Shown here: positions 59,583 through 64,000 of the stretch, piece after piece
Numbering within the stretch: position 1 is the stretch's first letter
Layout of the letters: every line of letters begins with the position of its first letter
Source: Amoebidium appalachense
Lineage: Eukaryota; Protista; Ichthyosporea
DNA: 64,000 nt
Assembly: GCA_963693365.1 (NCBI GenBank)
Contig: CAVNZM010000001.1
Span: 19,042,125 to 19,106,124 of the forward strand
Direction of reading: 5' to 3'
Position numbers and translations under genes: made by a program
The notes under the pieces: model-generated
What the model was told of the DNA's origin: nothing
Seen by the model: the letters and a program-made list of their open reading frames with translations, nothing else
Database searches by the model: none

Positions 59583-60650
59583 AACCATCTGTGCGGCATT
59601 AACAGCTCCTAACGGTTGGAGGTCATTTGCCTGGCCAGCCCAGCAGTCAATCAGCAACACACAAAGAACAAATGTCTTTGCCGATATTTTTATGGCTTTG
59701 CTTGTAGTTGTGCAAATCCTCGATAACCCCCCCCCCCCCCCCCCCCCCCCCTCCTGGCTCCCCCCGCCTTCCCCACCACTATGCCTGGTTCTGTTACCCC
59801 GGGGGAACCCAACATCACATACACACCAAAGCGGACATGCACACAACCAAAAACGAATGCAACCTTAAAAAAAAAAGAGACCCCCAGGAACAGACTTCCT
59901 TTGTAGTTCTGTAACACGATAGAAGGAGCTCGTCCCATTCTGTACCTCATCCCCGGAACAAAAACAGAAATCAAAAAGCAAAAAAACCAAAATACCATTT
60001 TGTCCACTTTCACCCAGCCCTGTCGTATGCTTTGACAATAATGTAATGTGCCCTCCCCTCCCCCCCCCCCCCCCCCCCACTCCCCCAACACGCACACGAG
60101 CACACCTCCTGCCCCCTTTCCCTGCAAATACCTAATATGTTAACACCCCCGAAACAACCAAATCCATCCTACCAGCTATCACGTAAGCATGTAAGGGTAC
60201 AGTCTGATTATTATAAGCTCATTGTTTCGACATGTGACAGTGCAGGAAGAGAGAAGATCAGCACGCTTTAACCAATCCGTACTGCATAGGGTGAATTCCG
60301 TTACCGTGATCATGTCCCCAGAACAGACGTCCATCCTCTGTCGTTTGGCTGTTGGAGTCTCTTCGACATCTTCCTTTGGCTGCACGTACGAGAAAGGATA
60401 TATGAATGTGCATGTGTGTGTGTGTGTGTGTGTGAATGGGCATGTTGGGTTTTTACGTTGATGCCTGTGGCTAGAAACTGGGATGATAACTGGCTGGTGG
60501 ACATGGAGAGGCCAAAGGTACGGAGGTAATCAAGAGAGGAAGGAAGAATGTGAATTTTATAACGAGGGGGGGGGAAGGGAAGAAGGGAGGGGGGGGGGGG
60601 GGGTTAGAAGAGGGTAGGTCTGCTTGCGCGAAAGTCAGATATCTGAACGA

Positions 60651-60726
<76 letters not shown>

Positions 60727-60778
60727 TGCATGTGTGTGTGTGTGTGCGTGCATGTATGTGTGTATGTGCGTGCATGTA

Positions 60779-60813
<35 letters not shown>

Positions 60814-60856
60814 GCGTGTGTGGTGCATGTGTGTGTGTGTGTGCGTGCATGTATGT

Positions 60857-60902
<46 letters not shown>

Positions 60903-60932
60903 ATGTGGTGCGTGTGCTTGCGTGCATGTGCA

Positions 60933-60973
<41 letters not shown>

Positions 60974-61010
60974 TTGTGTGCGCATACACGTGTGTGTGTA
61001 TGTGTGTGTG

Positions 61011-61092
<82 letters not shown>

Positions 61093-61426
61093 ATTCCGAT
61101 TCTATCCCACAACAGCAGCCCCCTCAATACTCATTATCACGGTCATATCATACACCCACAAGACACGAAGCACATAATATAACGTACAATCCGTGAAGGA
61201 GGCACAACAAGTGGCATATTCGTGGAAACAGGCAGAGAACTTAAAACATCTTTCTTGAATGCACTATGCGAACCACACCTCCCGTCCATAAACAGGCAAC
61301 TTGTTCTTGCCTTTGTGTTAAAGCACCACACACACACACACACACTACAAACGCCCAAGGACGGACACACACGCACACACACACACACACACACACCCCC
61401 GCACCCCCCCCCCCCCCCCCCCCTTC

Positions 61427-61457
<31 letters not shown>

Positions 61458-61521
61458 GCTCACTCCCACACAAACATCCCCTCCTCCCCCTCCCTCCCTC
61501 CCTCCCTCCCCCCCCCCCCCC

Positions 61522-61552
<31 letters not shown>

Positions 61553-61796
61553 TGTGTGTCTGTCTCTGTCTCCCCCCTCTCCCCCCTTTCTCTCTGTGTG
61601 TGACTGTATTTTGTGCTGTATTTATTCCTGTCTGGCTGCAGCCCCCCTCCCCCTCACCCCGTGGGTGGATATCACATCACTTTCAACACCCTTTTCTCCC
61701 CTAGGTCACAGGAACAAAGGCACATACCCTGCTTAGTGGTCTGTCACTATGATCTTCACATCTCCGCCTCTTTCTTATTTTGTTTTCACTGTCACC
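58218..61796 (-). CDS. Putative multi-exon hypothetical protein, partial model (5' end unresolved)
   Basis: Several unique-sequence islands flanked by AG/GT and open in phase 0: 61728-61796 (GDSENKIRKRRRCEDHSDRPLSR), 60305-60379 (PKEDVEETPTAKRQRMDVCSGDMIT), 59586-59630, 58644-58733, 58218-58274 (ends TAG). No recognisable homology. Confidence 0.35.
60655..61090. repeat. Long degenerate (TG)n microsatellite with internal higher-order duplication
   Basis: About 435 bp of TG repeat. GGTGCATGTGTGTGTGTGTGTGCGTGCATGTATG occurs twice. Confidence 0.9.
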
Positions 61797-64000
61797 CTGT
61801 CCAAAGAGAAGATCAATATTGGCTTTCTCCGAGCATGGCCGAGCATGGAAAATAATGTGCTGAAAATAATATAATTCCTATGGCATATTCCTCCCTTCCT
61901 CCTGACACATCATTTCAATCCTTAGGTCCGTCTACATAGCCCACCAATTTTTATGGTCACCGCCTGCCTCTAACCGTCGGTTTTCACTGCCCCTCTCCAC
62001 CCCCACCCCCCTTCCCTTTTTCTCCCCCTCTCCCCCCCTCGCCCCCTCCTCCCCTCCCCCTCCCCAGCCCACCACCCCCCGTCCTCCACCTCCTCCCCCT
62101 TTCACCCCCCCCCCCCTTCTTTCACCCTTCCCCTGCCCCTTTCCTCTCAGCCACCAAGTAATAAAAAAAAGGTCTTCATCCCATGTCTAGCTGAGCAAGT
62201 TTGTTGCCGTGTGTACATGCTTGTTCTCATTCTATTGCGTGCACTGAAGAGTGTGAACGATTATATCACGTGGAGTTTCCCGTGTGTGGATGTTGCCCTT
62301 TTGAGTGCCCTCGGAGAGTGGAAAGGAAATGCGTGTGCCTGCGAAGCTACTGCTGGCTAACCATCTACGCACTCGTGGGCACTTCGCCGACGTAGCATGC
62401 AGGAATCAAGCACTGTAAAGAGCAAACCTCCCATGCAAAATCCTGCACAGAAAAATCAGCTAAAGGAGCTTAACAGCACCCACCAGGAGAGGCCTCTTTG
62501 TCATTTTGCCACCTAGCATAAACAGGCGCTGACTGTCGGGGGAGAGGGAATTCGAAGGTTTTGTCCGCTTTCAGCCTTGAACCGCTGTGGCGAAGTGAGC
62601 GAATTCACGGTGCCTACTTACCTACTACTCAGTGGATGACGTCATTAGCACTTTCCTATTGGATCGGTAAGCATCATGTTTACAGTGATGACGTCATTAC
62701 CTGCCATCAATTGGCTGTGCAAGCACCGTTTTTTCCAAGCCAAAGTGGCTCTCCTTGAACTTTCTGAGGACTCGGGTGACCCGAAGGTCGGAACTTGCTT
62801 GGTTGAAACTCAGGTCAGGTCAGTCATAAGGCTTTGAGAAGTAGGCCTATGTACATGTCCGCGTGAAAGGGAGAAAGGAGAAAGGACCAAGAATAAAGCT
62901 TCAAACGCATTGATTCGATACGATTAGTAGAACACGTAACTCCCGAAGGAACTGTTACTCAAGGCGAGTTTGGGTCTTACGATGTTTCTCCCCAGCCATG
63001 TGTTCCTTCTGGCCCTCCTCCTTGTATGCTGGCCTGATAGCACCCCTGCTAAGCATCGGCAAGACCTGCAGAAGAGACAAGAAGAACTGACTATTGCTAC
63101 AAGAAAGCGGGTATTTGAAGATGGAAAAAGCTGGGCTGTGAGCGCTGGTATGGTGCCTCGTTGTTTGTGGTGTAACTGTACCTGCTTGCTACACTGCTGC
63201 ATCTTTGGGAAAAGCCTTCGGAAACGGAACAGACATTAGTGGTCTCGTTAGAGGACAAGAAACATGTAAGTTTGAAAAGTAAATGAAATGATTTGAAAGC
63301 AGCTCATCTGTGCTCATCCTTTCCACAAACGACACAAACGAATGAATTCGTTTTTTTTTCCCTCTCCACATTCGTTAGGTGTAAATGTTAGACTAGCGAA
63401 ATTCTCTGAGAGTTTTCGTTGCTGGGTCTTGTGCGCTAAGCTAACTATGAGGCATCGGTGTTTTCCAATAAAGCATTCTTTCTTGCTAATCTCACGCGCT
63501 TTTTTACTTGTAGTCACCCTATTTCAGGCTCTGGACATTCTCTGAACTTGCTCTGAAAGCCTTCGTTGTAGCAATCACCTTTTCGAATGTGGTTGAGCCA
63601 AGGAGTGAAAGGCCACTGTTTTTTGCTCAGACACAGGAAGTTCACCAATACGAGTGGGTGTTGTTGATAATCCGCACCATAATTGTTTCTTCGTTAAACC
63701 TAACACGCTTTTCCACCTTGTGATGGTTTTGCTTTCCTACACTCAGCTATAGTAGCACCTTCACAGGTTGAATTAACAGTTTCAAAAGATAGTAAGCCCT
63801 CATCTTAGTTAATGTTTTGATGCATCGTGTTTCGATGATACACTTTTCTCTTATCGGGGCAAGGGCACACAATCAGATGTCGTCAGCCAGGAGCTCGGTT
63901 GCCCACCCCCTAGTCCCTTTGGCGTGGGGACTACCCCCAATACACTGCACATGGCTTTCTGGACCATCCCGGGACTCAAGTAAATTTGTCCTTGTTCTTG

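Noticed and set aside
62400-64000. Unique sequence at the right edge as a coding exon or TE
   Set aside because: The frames I read are interrupted by stops, and I could not establish splice-consistent exons or TIRs. Paired ATGACGTCAT motifs near 62636 and 62689 are not sufficient evidence.

Overview
Eukaryotic, intron-rich genomic DNA, most likely from a unicellular holozoan/opisthokont (inferred from an IQSEC/BRAG-type ArfGEF and an OCA2-like transporter). Almost all ORFs in the supplied track are artefacts of poly(C)/poly(G) tracts and (CA)n/(TG)n microsatellites. I spliced the genes by hand. They are: the 3' part of pescadillo/PES1 (+, with one GC-AG intron), an OCA2/P-protein-like transporter (-, 9 exons), PCNP (-, 2 exons) head-to-head with SRP72 (+, 20 exons), an intronless ~221-aa orphan (-) head-to-head with an IQ-Sec7-PH ArfGEF (+, 9 exons, ~1199 aa), and a poorly defined multi-exon gene at the right end (-). 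The non-coding DNA holds the more unusual structure: (1) a dispersed, 3'-coterminal, poly(C)-abutting repeat family with covarying RNA helices and hammerhead-like core motifs; (2) an intronic tandem array built from the exon/intron junction of the Sec7 catalytic exon; (3) a ~300-bp satellite whose internal cassette has flipped between flanking C-run/G-run tracts; (4) four MITE-like elements, one a near-perfect 127-bp-arm hairpin. No rRNA, tRNA or CRISPR array is supported.
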